Assembly: GCA_947085855.1 (NCBI GenBank)
Contig: CAMTYB010000001.1
Coordinates: 21,788 to 85,787, forward strand
Origin: an uncultured Candidatus Saccharibacteria bacterium
GTDB taxonomy: Bacteria; Patescibacteriota; Saccharimonadia; Saccharimonadales; 2-12-FULL-41-12
DNA: 64,000 nt
Direction: 5' to 3'
A model generated the notes under the pieces. The model was given only the letters and a program-made list of their open reading frames with translations, searched no databases and was not told the origin of the DNA. Positions 43,519 through 51,938 of the stretch are shown one piece after another. Made by a program: the position numbers and the translations under genes. The first letter of the stretch is position 1; each line of letters starts with the position of its first letter.

Positions 43519-45855
43519 ATGACAAAGCATAAAAAATCTGGATTCTTTTTAGCCCTCGAAGGCACTGACGGGTCTGGCAAAGGCACCCAGTACCAAGAAC
43601 TCGTGAAGCGTCTAACTGACGAAGGCTACGATGTAGCTTCATTTGATTTTCCACGCTATCATGAGCCATCAAGCTACTTTATTGGTAAATATCTGAACGG
43701 TGACTATGGCACAGTCGATGAAGTCGGGCCGTATACTGCTTCATTGTTCTACGCCCTCGACCGCTACGAAGCGGCAAAGGACATTCGCCAGGCACTCAAT
43801 GAAGGCAAAATTGTTATTACAAACCGCTTTACCGGCTCAAACATGGCCCATCAAGGTACCAAATTCGATAATCCAGAAGAGCGCAAAGGCTATTTCCTGT
43901 GGGTCGACTCCATTGAATACCAAATGCTCGGCATACCTCGTCCGGACTTATCACTTGTATTGCGCGTACCAGCAGATCTAGCCCAAGAGCTCGTTGACGA
44001 AAAAGCTGCCCGCAATTACACCTCAAAAAAGCGAGATCTACATGAAGCGAGCCTTGATCACCTTGAAAAGTCTGTTTTGGTATACGACGACCTCTGTCAG
44101 CTATTCCCCAAAGACTTCAAGCAACTCGACTGCGTACGCAGCGGTAAGCTTATAAGTATAGAGGCAGTGCACAAATTAATATGGGAGACAGTAAGTCCTA
44201 TGTTGCCATCAAAAAAATCCAAATCCAAGACTCCCGGCGATGCAAAGGCGCAATCGGAATTAGACAACCCATACCTTGAGAGCCGCGAGCATGGCTTAGT
44301 TATGACGGACGCCGGCAGGGAAAAACTACAGGATATTGTCACTAACACCGAGGCACCAGTTTATGCCTTTAGCGAAGCGATTAGCCCACAAACAATTGCT
44401 GCTGCCATGGCACGATTGAGTCGACGCGGTGACGACATGCGTATCACGCTCCTCGATGAGTTCATTGATGCCGCCGGCAAAGACGAGAAACTCCTTCAGC
44501 GTGTTATAACAGCTTACGGAGACGACTCAGTTCAACAGCTAACTGGAATGCACGTAGTAGTCGAAGAAGCCAGCAACCTGCTTACAAAGAAACTTGAGTG
44601 GGGTCGCTTAGCCTCATACCTCGAACAATCGACTCGCTATATCTATTTTGACCAAAAGGACGCAGACGGGGCCTATCGCTACCATACTCCAGATCACTTT
44701 GACACTAAAACAAAGCGCGCCTACACAACAATCATGGATCAAATTTTTGATACATACTCCCGCTTGGTTCGTGAACTGACTGACTATGTTCGCACCAATT
44801 CAAATGTACCGAAAGATGAGCAAGACATGGCCTGGCGTGGCGCTACACGAGCCCAAGCCTGCGATGCCATGCGACCGATTCTACCAGTAGCTACTACCTC
44901 TACGGTTGGTATTTTTGCCTCTGCACAAGCTATGGAAAGCTTGATCATGCATCTGCAAAGCGACACATTGCCCGAAGCTCAAAAGACAGGCGACGCCATT
45001 CTGAAAGAAGTCAGAAAAGTAGCACCGGTCTTTTTTGAGCGAGCCGACAAGCCTGAGCGTGGCGGTGCCTTTGTTGCGTATCGTGCCGAAACCGCTAAAA
45101 GCGTCAAAACCCTAGCCGACAGCTATCTGCCAGATGTGCACAGCGCCGGAGCTCAACCTGTTACACTCGTGAATGTATGGCCTCGCAATGAGCTAGATGC
45201 TGTGGCTGACATGCTCTACGAACACAGCGCTTGGCCACTTGAGGAAATCACCCAAGAAGTAAACGGCTGGTCATACGATCAGAAAATTGAAGTTTTTAAC
45301 GCCTATATGGGTGAACGACTTAACCGTCGTCACCGACCAGGCCGTGCTCTAGAAAAGATCCACTATTCATGGGATTTGATGTGCGATTACGGTATTTTCC
45401 GAGACCTTCAACGACATCGCATGGTAGACGATCTCGAATGGCAGGAATTAACCCCACGCTACGGCTATGAAGTACCAGCCCTGGTAGAAGAAGCTGGTTT
45501 GAGCGATGATTTCGAAGCCTGCTTTGACGCCAGCCTCAAGCTATACAGTATTTTGCAGGGCGCCGGCTATACCACCGAAGCTCAGTATGCAACTCTGCTC
45601 GGTCATCGTATGCGTTGGAAGGTTACCTATAATGCCCGTGAAGCCTTTCAAATGCTTGAGCTGCGCTCTAGTCCACAAGGGCACCCTGGTTACCGCAAGC
45701 TAGCTCATCAGATGTATGAAAAAATTGCCGAAGTCCACCCTGAACTCGCTGCCGCCATGAAATTTATAAATCAGGATGAAGACCCCCAGCTAACCCGTTT
45801 GGCAGCCGAACGCTACACCCAATTTAAACTCAATAAACTTGATACAGGAAGCTAA
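43519..45855 (+). CDS. fusion protein: thymidylate kinase + two tandem ThyX (flavin-dependent thymidylate synthase) domains
   Basis: aa 1-225 Tmk (FLALEGTDGSGKGTQ, DRY, SNMAHQG); aa ~260-510 ThyX-like (AMARLSRR, EWGRLASYLEQSTRY, MRPILPVATTST); aa ~545-760 ThyX (RDLQRHRMVDDLEWQELTPRY, YNAREAFQMLELRSSPQGHPGYR). Confidence 0.85.
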   Translation: MTKHKKSGFFLALEGTDGSGKGTQYQELVKRLTDEGYDVASFDFPRYHEPSSYFIGKYLNGDYGTVDEVGPYTASLFYALDRYEAAKDIRQALNEGKIVITNRFTGSNMAHQGTKFDNPEERKGYFLWVDSIEYQMLGIPRPDLSLVLRVPADLAQELVDEKAARNYTSKKRDLHEASLDHLEKSVLVYDDLCQLFPKDFKQLDCVRSGKLISIEAVHKLIWETVSPMLPSKKSKSKTPGDAKAQSELDNPYLESREHGLVMTDAGREKLQDIVTNTEAPVYAFSEAISPQTIAAAMARLSRRGDDMRITLLDEFIDAAGKDEKLLQRVITAYGDDSVQQLTGMHVVVEEASNLLTKKLEWGRLASYLEQSTRYIYFDQKDADGAYRYHTPDHFDTKTKRAYTTIMDQIFDTYSRLVRELTDYVRTNSNVPKDEQDMAWRGATRAQACDAMRPILPVATTSTVGIFASAQAMESLIMHLQSDTLPEAQKTGDAILKEVRKVAPVFFERADKPERGGAFVAYRAETAKSVKTLADSYLPDVHSAGAQPVTLVNVWPRNELDAVADMLYEHSAWPLEEITQEVNGWSYDQKIEVFNAYMGERLNRRHRPGRALEKIHYSWDLMCDYGIFRDLQRHRMVDDLEWQELTPRYGYEVPALVEEAGLSDDFEACFDASLKLYSILQGAGYTTEAQYATLLGHRMRWKVTYNAREAFQMLELRSSPQGHPGYRKLAHQMYEKIAEVHPELAAAMKFINQDEDPQLTRLAAERYTQFKLNKLDTGS

Positions 45856-46482
45856 TTAAGCAGCGACTGCCACAGGAGCACGTTCTTCTACTTCTAGGTC
45901 TTCAGCTGGTGACTGCTCTTCATGTTGTTTATAGAGCACGGGCTTTTGCTCTCCAAGCACTGCAATACAAAACTGTGAAGACGGTAAGAAACTTAAGCCT
46001 TGGCAAAAGCGGCTCTGAATTTCTAATACTTCATCTGTAATTTCTGTTTGCAGACCTGAGGCAATGATAAGATCAACCCCACAGAGAGGAGGTCTCGTGT
46101 ACCAACCCCTGATGTGCTCGTATGTCGCCGCTTGACTGATCGGGTTAGATGCAGCTACTCCTAGGTCAACGTGAGTAACTTGCTTGAGGCCGTATGTCTT
46201 AAAAGCAACTTGGGCCATGCTCATCACAAGTGGCGTGACATGTTCGCGAGAAACATTGTGAAATACCGATGGATTACCGTCATATGCAGTTTCGGCAGGG
46301 CTGAGAATAGACGATAAGCAGAGGTCACTCCGCTCCATTGTGGCCGGCACAAGCTCCTCGGCCGCTACATGTAAAGAAGCCCCCATCTCTGAAGGGTATA
46401 CGGTTTCTAAAAGATCAGGCTTGATTGTGGTTAAGGCGCTCTCGACCTTAGCTCGCTCTAGCACTTCTCGGTAACTTGTCAT
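45856..46482 (-). CDS. hypothetical protein, 208 aa
   Basis: ORF with GAGGAAAA RBS on minus strand; no motif recognised. Confidence 0.55.
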   Translation of the reverse strand: MTSYREVLERAKVESALTTIKPDLLETVYPSEMGASLHVAAEELVPATMERSDLCLSSILSPAETAYDGNPSVFHNVSREHVTPLVMSMAQVAFKTYGLKQVTHVDLGVAASNPISQAATYEHIRGWYTRPPLCGVDLIIASGLQTEITDEVLEIQSRFCQGLSFLPSSQFCIAVLGEQKPVLYKQHEEQSPAEDLEVEERAPVAVAA

Positions 46483-46732
46483 GATTTTCCTCGTTAAAAA
46501 AGACTCCTCGCTGTTGCTTGGAGCCCGTTATGGTTCTATTAGTTATTGGGTTTCCAAGCATTCTAGCACAGCGCAATAATCACGTGCTTGTAAGCAAATG
46601 ACTTGGCGTTGAGACTAGTGCGATTGGTGTGTGTTGTCACAAGCCAGAATTATAGGCCTTTTTTTAATTTTGTCAAAAATCTCACAAAACATTATACGCA
46701 ACAGATAGCTCCAGAATGCAAACATATTATAT

Positions 46733-46761
46733 TTGACAGTATATTTTGTCTTTGTTACAGT
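46733..46761 (+). promoter_or_regulatory. sigma70-type promoter
   Basis: TTGACA (46733-46738), 17 nt, TACAGT (46756-46761). Confidence 0.5.
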
Positions 46762-46769
46762 CAAACACT

Positions 46770-46841
46770 ATGGTTACTATGACTTCAAGCAAACTCGTGA
46801 GCCTCGTGATTTTTGAACGCGGCTTGTTTGTTGATGCTTAG
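46770..46841 (+). other. possibly leaderless 23-codon upstream ORF (MVTMTSSKLVSLVIFERGLFVDA)
   Basis: ATG starts 9 nt after the -10 hexamer, no SD; its 3' end forms the 5' arm of a long hairpin. Confidence 0.3.
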
Positions 46842-46890
46842 AAACCTTTAGATCAACAGCAAACAAGCCGGGTCAACACCCGGCTTTTTT
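46821..46890 (+). promoter_or_regulatory. attenuator-like pair of overlapping hairpins ending in an intrinsic terminator
   Basis: ggcttgtttgttgat (46821-46835) pairs with atcaacagcaaacaagcc (46852-46869); terminator gccggg-tcaaca-cccggc-T6 (46867-46890) shares gcc with the first hairpin. Confidence 0.55.
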
Positions 46891-46908
46891 AATGCCTCAG
46901 GAGAGGAT

Positions 46909-47874
46909 ATGAGTCCAGAATTATTACTCCAGAAAGCACCAGAAGCAACTACGCAGAACACCTCGGATCTAGAGATCATCATGCGAGCTGCTCAAGTGCA
47001 AGAAAAAGTTCGCAGCCGTCTATGGTTTAAAAAGGGTGCAACTATTGACTCTCTGTACGAATCCGGTATAACAAATTGCTCCGGTTATGCAATTGTTGGT
47101 TCTGAGGAGCTAGAAAAGCAGGGCATACCACACTTTGTTGGCATGGCGAATACTCATGCAGCCACGTATGTTGTCACTTCTAGCGATATCTGGCTTTTTG
47201 ATATACTATCTCCTGAATTAAGCAAGCCTATTACTCAAGATATTAACTACTTCGATGATACTAATAAAGATAGGATACTCGCTCGCCTTAATGCCCGAAA
47301 CATCACATTTGCTACAGAAGGCGACTATATGTCTATCCTTAGCGAAAATGAATGGCTGAGCATACGCAAGGACTTTGACGCAAGAGGTCGTGCGGAAGGT
47401 CAATATGCCCGTCATTGCCAAAGTCTAGTCCTGGCTTTATTCACACCAAAGCTTGGCAGAGCAATGGTCTACCAGAGACAGAAATTTGTTGACGCCCACG
47501 AGTCTGGAGACGTTATAGGAGCAGCAAACGCATTGCTCAACATGAAAGGCCAGTTTCCAGACCTTGATTTGCGTACAGAGACACCTGAATGCGTAAAAAC
47601 AACAGTAAAAAGGCTATCGAGCCGCGGTTCGTATGTTATGGCTCGCAAAGTAACAGATGCATATTTTGAATCCTTTCAAGGCATTAGCGATAGTCGAGTT
47701 AAGGAGTATCAAGCGGACTGTCTGCGCTATATTGCAAAATTTTCTCGACAGGGCAACCTCGCTCAGCGAGCAATTAAACTTTATGAATCAACTATGCACA
47801 ATCCCAAGTCATACCGCTCATCAATAAAAGCCAAGATCGACCTGTGCGCACCATTAACTAAAGAAAGTATTTAG
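46909..47874 (+). CDS. hypothetical protein, possible transglutaminase-like cysteine peptidase core
   Basis: Candidate Cys-His-Asp triad context NCSGYAIV ... NTHAATYVV ... IWLFDIL; weak, by eye only; RBS CAGGAGAGG. Confidence 0.35.
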   Translation: MSPELLLQKAPEATTQNTSDLEIIMRAAQVQEKVRSRLWFKKGATIDSLYESGITNCSGYAIVGSEELEKQGIPHFVGMANTHAATYVVTSSDIWLFDILSPELSKPITQDINYFDDTNKDRILARLNARNITFATEGDYMSILSENEWLSIRKDFDARGRAEGQYARHCQSLVLALFTPKLGRAMVYQRQKFVDAHESGDVIGAANALLNMKGQFPDLDLRTETPECVKTTVKRLSSRGSYVMARKVTDAYFESFQGISDSRVKEYQADCLRYIAKFSRQGNLAQRAIKLYESTMHNPKSYRSSIKAKIDLCAPLTKESI

Positions 47875-47882
47875 TACTAATT

Positions 47883-48290
47883 ATGAAAAAACAAGATAAA
47901 CGTATAACCAACGCACACATCAGCGATTTTCGTCCGGAGACAAGTCCATTCAACACCGAGGCGGCAAGTTTTCTGCATGATCTTCACATGGCCCATGCCT
48001 GTCAAACCGGTACTCTGCGAAAAATGAATCATGAAACCGGCAAAACCGAAATTGAACAAGAGTATTTTTTCACCAGCCATAAAGCCGTAGAGGAATTTGG
48101 CGCCATATCTGTTAAACACGCAAGTTTAGTTGCTGAGGAACAAAAGATCCAAGCCAGAGCAGATGCCGAAGCTGCCATGGCTGACGAGCACTGGTCTTTT
48201 GGCGCCAATGAACTCCATGGACTCCTCGGGCGAACTGTCCGAGCTGCCGCTCAATCGCAACCCCATGAACGTACCCTTATAGCAGCTTGA
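47883..48290 (+). CDS. hypothetical protein, 135 aa
   Basis: ORF 8 nt after previous gene; no motif recognised. Confidence 0.45.
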   Translation: MKKQDKRITNAHISDFRPETSPFNTEAASFLHDLHMAHACQTGTLRKMNHETGKTEIEQEYFFTSHKAVEEFGAISVKHASLVAEEQKIQARADAEAAMADEHWSFGANELHGLLGRTVRAAAQSQPHERTLIAA

Positions 48291-48299
48291 TAATTTTCT

Positions 48300-48445
48300 G
48301 GTAATTTGCTAAAATAACACTAGTTACCGAAGACAGTAGCGGCCAAGAACATCGTTCGAAGCTTAAGAAGGCTACCGAGGCAATACATGACAACTCGTTT
48401 GCATAGTATGTTTTTCGTCTTTGGTTAACTACCAAAGATTTTTTT
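48300..48445 (+). promoter_or_regulatory. candidate L10-leader-type attenuator upstream of rplJ
   Basis: Stems ggtaa/ttacc, gtagc/gctac, then terminator tctttggt-taact-accaaaga-T7 (48418-48445) 72 nt before rplJ ATG. Confidence 0.35.
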
Positions 48446-48517
48446 ATGTAATAAATAAATGGTCGATACATTCTTTGGTATTAATCGAATCAAAAATCTA
48501 ACCATAAAGGTAGATAC

Positions 48518-49042
48518 ATGGCTTTATCAAAGCAAAAAAAGCAAGAAGTTATCGCCGAAGTTAGCCAGCTATTGGAAGCTTCAAAATTAACTGTTGTTGC
48601 CAAATACCAAGGCACTACTGTTAAGCAGCTCCAGGAGCTCCGCAAACAAGCGCGCGATAACAACACACAAGTAAAAGTCATCAAGAACCGTCTTGTAGTT
48701 AAGGCACTCGCAGGCAGCGAACTGTACAAGGACGCTGACTCAAGCGAGCTTACCGCTCAGTTGCTGTATGCTTTTAATGACAGTGACGAAGTAGCCCCAG
48801 CTAAGGCTTTGGCAGACTTCGCCAAGAAGAATCCTTCAATTCAATTTGTTGGGGCCTTCACGTCAGAAGGTATTTTCATTAGCGCTGACGAAGTAAAAGC
48901 GTTGGCTTCACTACCAAGCAAGGATCAGCTATTGGCTGGTATTATCAATACCCTCAATGCTCCAGTCCGCGGCGTGGTCAGTGGCCTATCAGGCAATCTA
49001 CATGGCTTACTACAAGGTTTAGAAGCAAAAGCTTCATCATAA
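48518..49042 (+). CDS. rplJ: 50S ribosomal protein L10
   Basis: KQKKQEVIAEV...LTVVAKYQGTTVKQLQELRKQAR....V.VIKN.L. Confidence 0.93.
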   Translation: MALSKQKKQEVIAEVSQLLEASKLTVVAKYQGTTVKQLQELRKQARDNNTQVKVIKNRLVVKALAGSELYKDADSSELTAQLLYAFNDSDEVAPAKALADFAKKNPSIQFVGAFTSEGIFISADEVKALASLPSKDQLLAGIINTLNAPVRGVVSGLSGNLHGLLQGLEAKASS

Positions 49043-49066
49043 AGAAAGTAAAGGATATTTAAAGAC

Positions 49067-49450
49067 ATGGCAGCAGATTTAAAGAAATTGGCAGAACAGC
49101 TCGTTAACTTGAGCGTTCTCGAAGTAAACGAACTCGGTACCATCCTAAAAGATGAGTACGGTATTGAACCAGCCGCCGCTGCAGTAGCAGTAGCCGCTCC
49201 AGCCGCTGGTGATGCAGCTGGCGAAGCAGCAGAAGCAAAGAGCGAATACGATGTCGTTCTTAAAGACGCTGGCGCTCAAAAAGTAGCCGTTATCAAGGCC
49301 GTAAAAGACATTACTGGTCTTGGTCTTGGTGAAGCTAAGGCACTCGTTGACGGTACTCCTAGTACTGTTAAGGAAAAGGCTCCAAAAGAGGAAGCCGAAG
49401 CCGCAAAGAAAGCTTTGGAAGAAGCTGGCGCAACTGTCGAATTGGCATAA
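49067..49450 (+). CDS. rplL: 50S ribosomal protein L7/L12
   Basis: Ala-rich hinge then [28 protein letters not shown]...KEEAE..KK.LEEAGA.VEL. Confidence 0.96.
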   Translation: MAADLKKLAEQLVNLSVLEVNELGTILKDEYGIEPAAAAVAVAAPAAGDAAGEAAEAKSEYDVVLKDAGAQKVAVIKAVKDITGLGLGEAKALVDGTPSTVKEKAPKEEAEAAKKALEEAGATVELA

Positions 49451-49467
49451 TTACCAACTCGACGCCC

Positions 49468-49504
49468 AAAAAGACCCGCCTGGTTATACCAGCGGGTCTT
49501 TTTA
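49468..49504 (+). terminator. rho-independent terminator after rplL
   Basis: aagacccgc...gcgggtctt stem followed by tttt. Confidence 0.8.
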
Positions 49505-49686
49505 TGTTATAAGTACTCGTAAAATCAGCAAAAAATTGTGTAGCCTGGTTATCTCCAGATGAAGCAATATCTACAACGAGTGATGCTGACCTGTGTATAA
49601 AGTGCTTTACTACGCAAAAAATCCATGTTACCCTTCGGGGGAAGGTGTACAAGAACAAACACTGATGAGGAATAGAGACTAGAGAC

Positions 49687-50196
49687 ATGGCAGAAGTTCC
49701 AGACAAACAGATTAAACGACTACGTGCCCTCATTGCAGAAGCTGAAACCAGCCTGGCTGCAGTGAAAGAATTGTTATTGAGCCTACTTGGTGAAGATCCG
49801 GTAGCCACTTCTCAGGCTAAAGAAGAAAACATCGGTAAAGTTATCGAGGGTGTCTTTGATGGTCAGAATATGGTTGGTAGTGACAGCAAGACCTACCCAG
49901 TTCCAGCTAACTACGCGAGCAAATCTAAGCTCGTTCAGGGCGACATCCTTAAATTGACAATCGCTGACGATGGAACCTTTCTTTATAAGCAAATCGGTCC
50001 AATTCCACGCAAACAGGTGGTTGGCGGTTTAGAATTAGTTGACGGTCACTATTTTGTAAAGGTTGGCGAGAAACAATACCGCGTATTGCTAGCCAGCGTT
50101 ACGTACTTCAAAGCCAAGCCTGGTGATCAGGTAAGTGTTAACGTTCCTCAAGATGATGTTAACGCCGAATGGGCCGCTCTCGAAGCTGCTTTATAG
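49687..50196 (+). CDS. hypothetical protein, 169 aa
   Basis: ORF only; N-terminal coiled-coil-like helix then beta-rich region; no motif recognised. Confidence 0.5.
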   Translation: MAEVPDKQIKRLRALIAEAETSLAAVKELLLSLLGEDPVATSQAKEENIGKVIEGVFDGQNMVGSDSKTYPVPANYASKSKLVQGDILKLTIADDGTFLYKQIGPIPRKQVVGGLELVDGHYFVKVGEKQYRVLLASVTYFKAKPGDQVSVNVPQDDVNAEWAALEAAL

Positions 50197-50216
50197 CTCG
50201 CATAGATTTTTCTACT

Positions 50217-50377
50217 AAAACACAACTCCGATCCTGTTCACATACGAAAAGCATGCTATGGCAATACAAAATTGCTGTTCTTGTGACGAGGCATATCTAT
50301 AGATATGGCGAGGAGGAAAACAGTAATTTAGCAGGCCATGCATGATTTGTAGAAGAACAGGATCGGAGTTGTGTTTT
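50217..50377 (+). repeat. 161-nt element bounded by perfect 23-bp inverted repeats (rod-like structured RNA or MITE-like element)
   Basis: aaaacacaactccgatcctgttc (50217-50239) is the exact reverse complement of 50355-50377; inner stems gcatgctatggc/gccatgcatg, aaattgctgtt/aacagtaattt and a perfect 16-nt palindrome catatctatagatatg (50292-50307). Confidence 0.7.
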
Positions 50378-50427
50378 TATATATTTAGCTTTATAGCTAA
50401 TCAAATCCGTTTTATACTAGTAAGTCT

Positions 50428-51936
50428 ATGGGGAAAGCACTTTACCGACAATATCGGTCAACTTCATTTGATGAAGTCCTGGGCCAAGAGCACATTACTG
50501 AAACGCTCAAAAACAGCATTGCGAAGCAGTCGATTGGCCACGCCTACCTCTTGAGCGGACCACGAGGCGTTGGTAAAACCAGCGTTGCTCGCATCTTGGC
50601 TTACGCAGTGAATGGTTTACCGTACGATGCCGACGGTAATCATTTAGATATTATCGAAATTGATGCTGCTTCAAATCGGCGAATTGATGAAATTCGCAGC
50701 TTACGGGAGCGTGTTCACATTGCGCCAGTGTCAGCCACATATAAGGTCTACATTATCGATGAAGTCCACATGCTGACCAAAGAAGCTTTTAACGCGCTCC
50801 TCAAAACGCTTGAGGAACCACCAGCCCACGTTATCTTTATCTTGGCTACCACCGACGCCCACAAGCTACCGGACACCATTGTCAGCCGCTGTATCCGTTT
50901 TACCTTTCGACCTATCGACCAGGCCGCTATTGCTCAGCATTTAACGCATATTGCTCAATCGGAAAATATCACCATCAGCGATGAAGCTGTAGAACTCTTG
51001 GCGCAACACGGTGATGGTAGTTTTCGCGACAGTATCTCACTGCTTGACCAGGTAAAGAATGCTGGTGAAACCATAGAATTGGCTGATATTGAACGAGCGT
51101 TGGGACTGGCTCCAGATGCTCTTGTGGAGCAGATTTTTAGCGCTGTCAGTGCAGGCAACCCAAAAGCCCTAGACGATACATTGCTTGCCGCATACAGTAG
51201 TGGCGCCAGTGAGTTACATCTGGCTAAGCAGCTGGCTGCCAATACACGCACCCGATTATTTGAACAGTCTCTGCCGTTCTCGGCACAACTAGCAACGACT
51301 TTTTTGGAACAACTACTCGATGTACCGGCCTCGCCTAAACCACGAGCCAGCCTTGAGCTGACACTCCTCAAGCTACTCTTTGCTATCGGTGAAACAAACG
51401 GTCCTTCCGCCGCACAAACTACCGAACCGCCGACACCACCAGTACCACCACAACCTCCTAAAACGAAAGTAGAGTCTCTACCTAAAAAAGCTGCCGTGGA
51501 GTCAGACGAGGCCGGCGTCGGCGAGAAGTCAGTAGTAAAAATTGCTGCCAAAGGCGCCGTAAAGCCCGCAGAAGCTATGAGTCTGCAGCCTGGCCAAGAT
51601 GTCTGGCCGAGCGTCCTAAAGCAGTTAAAGACGCAGAACAATACGCTGTACAGCATTGCACGCATGGCTCAGACCAAGTCAGCCAATGATGTGCTTGAAG
51701 TTGGTTTCACGTTTCCGTTTCATTACAAGCAGGTTAACCAGCCAAAGAACAAGGCTCTCTTGCAATCTGTGCTAGAAACATTAGGTCAGAACGGTTTACA
51801 GCTTGAGATTCGATTGATAGAAGAGTCTAGCGAGGGTAAGCAGTCAGTACCAAGTTCAAAAGTTCATTCTACGTCAGACCCGGCCATGGAAAGCATTACC
51901 AATATTTTTGGCGCCGGTGAAGTGCTAGAATCATAG
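50428..51936 (+). CDS. dnaX: DNA polymerase III subunit tau/gamma
   Basis: YRSTSFDEVLGQEHI, GPRGVGKTS, IIDEVHMLT, NALLKTLEEPP, SRC. Confidence 0.93.
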   Translation: MGKALYRQYRSTSFDEVLGQEHITETLKNSIAKQSIGHAYLLSGPRGVGKTSVARILAYAVNGLPYDADGNHLDIIEIDAASNRRIDEIRSLRERVHIAPVSATYKVYIIDEVHMLTKEAFNALLKTLEEPPAHVIFILATTDAHKLPDTIVSRCIRFTFRPIDQAAIAQHLTHIAQSENITISDEAVELLAQHGDGSFRDSISLLDQVKNAGETIELADIERALGLAPDALVEQIFSAVSAGNPKALDDTLLAAYSSGASELHLAKQLAANTRTRLFEQSLPFSAQLATTFLEQLLDVPASPKPRASLELTLLKLLFAIGETNGPSAAQTTEPPTPPVPPQPPKTKVESLPKKAAVESDEAGVGEKSVVKIAAKGAVKPAEAMSLQPGQDVWPSVLKQLKTQNNTLYSIARMAQTKSANDVLEVGFTFPFHYKQVNQPKNKALLQSVLETLGQNGLQLEIRLIEESSEGKQSVPSSKVHSTSDPAMESITNIFGAGEVLES

Positions 51937-51938
51937 CA

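Noticed and set aside
50217-50377. A firm call of this element as SRP (4.5S) RNA based on its position upstream of dnaX.
   Set aside because: The helix-8 hallmarks are absent: there is no GNRA tetraloop closed by a short stem, and no 5' AGG / 3' AGCA symmetric loop. The AGCAG at 50329-50333 faces AAUAC and is far from the apex. It is kept only as an unassigned structured or repeat element.
51481-51492. An A6G run (CCT AAA AAA GCT) in dnaX at codon ~352, as a possible tau/gamma programmed -1 frameshift site like E. coli A AAA AAG.
   Set aside because: The heptamer is out of register with the zero frame: the codons are AAA AAA G, not A AAA AAG. No downstream stem-loop is evident. Six A's is also short for transcriptional slippage. 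Proteomics or a reporter could still test it.
50955-51665. A 236-aa ORF antisense to dnaX, plus similar long antisense or alternate-frame ORFs (e.g. 8154-8516, 41647-42024, 42278-42697, 42762-43247, 56778-57320, 17459-17851).
   Set aside because: Each lies fully inside a confidently identified gene on the other strand or frame. Their translations are low-complexity with no motifs. They are shadow ORFs typical of moderately GC-rich coding sequence.
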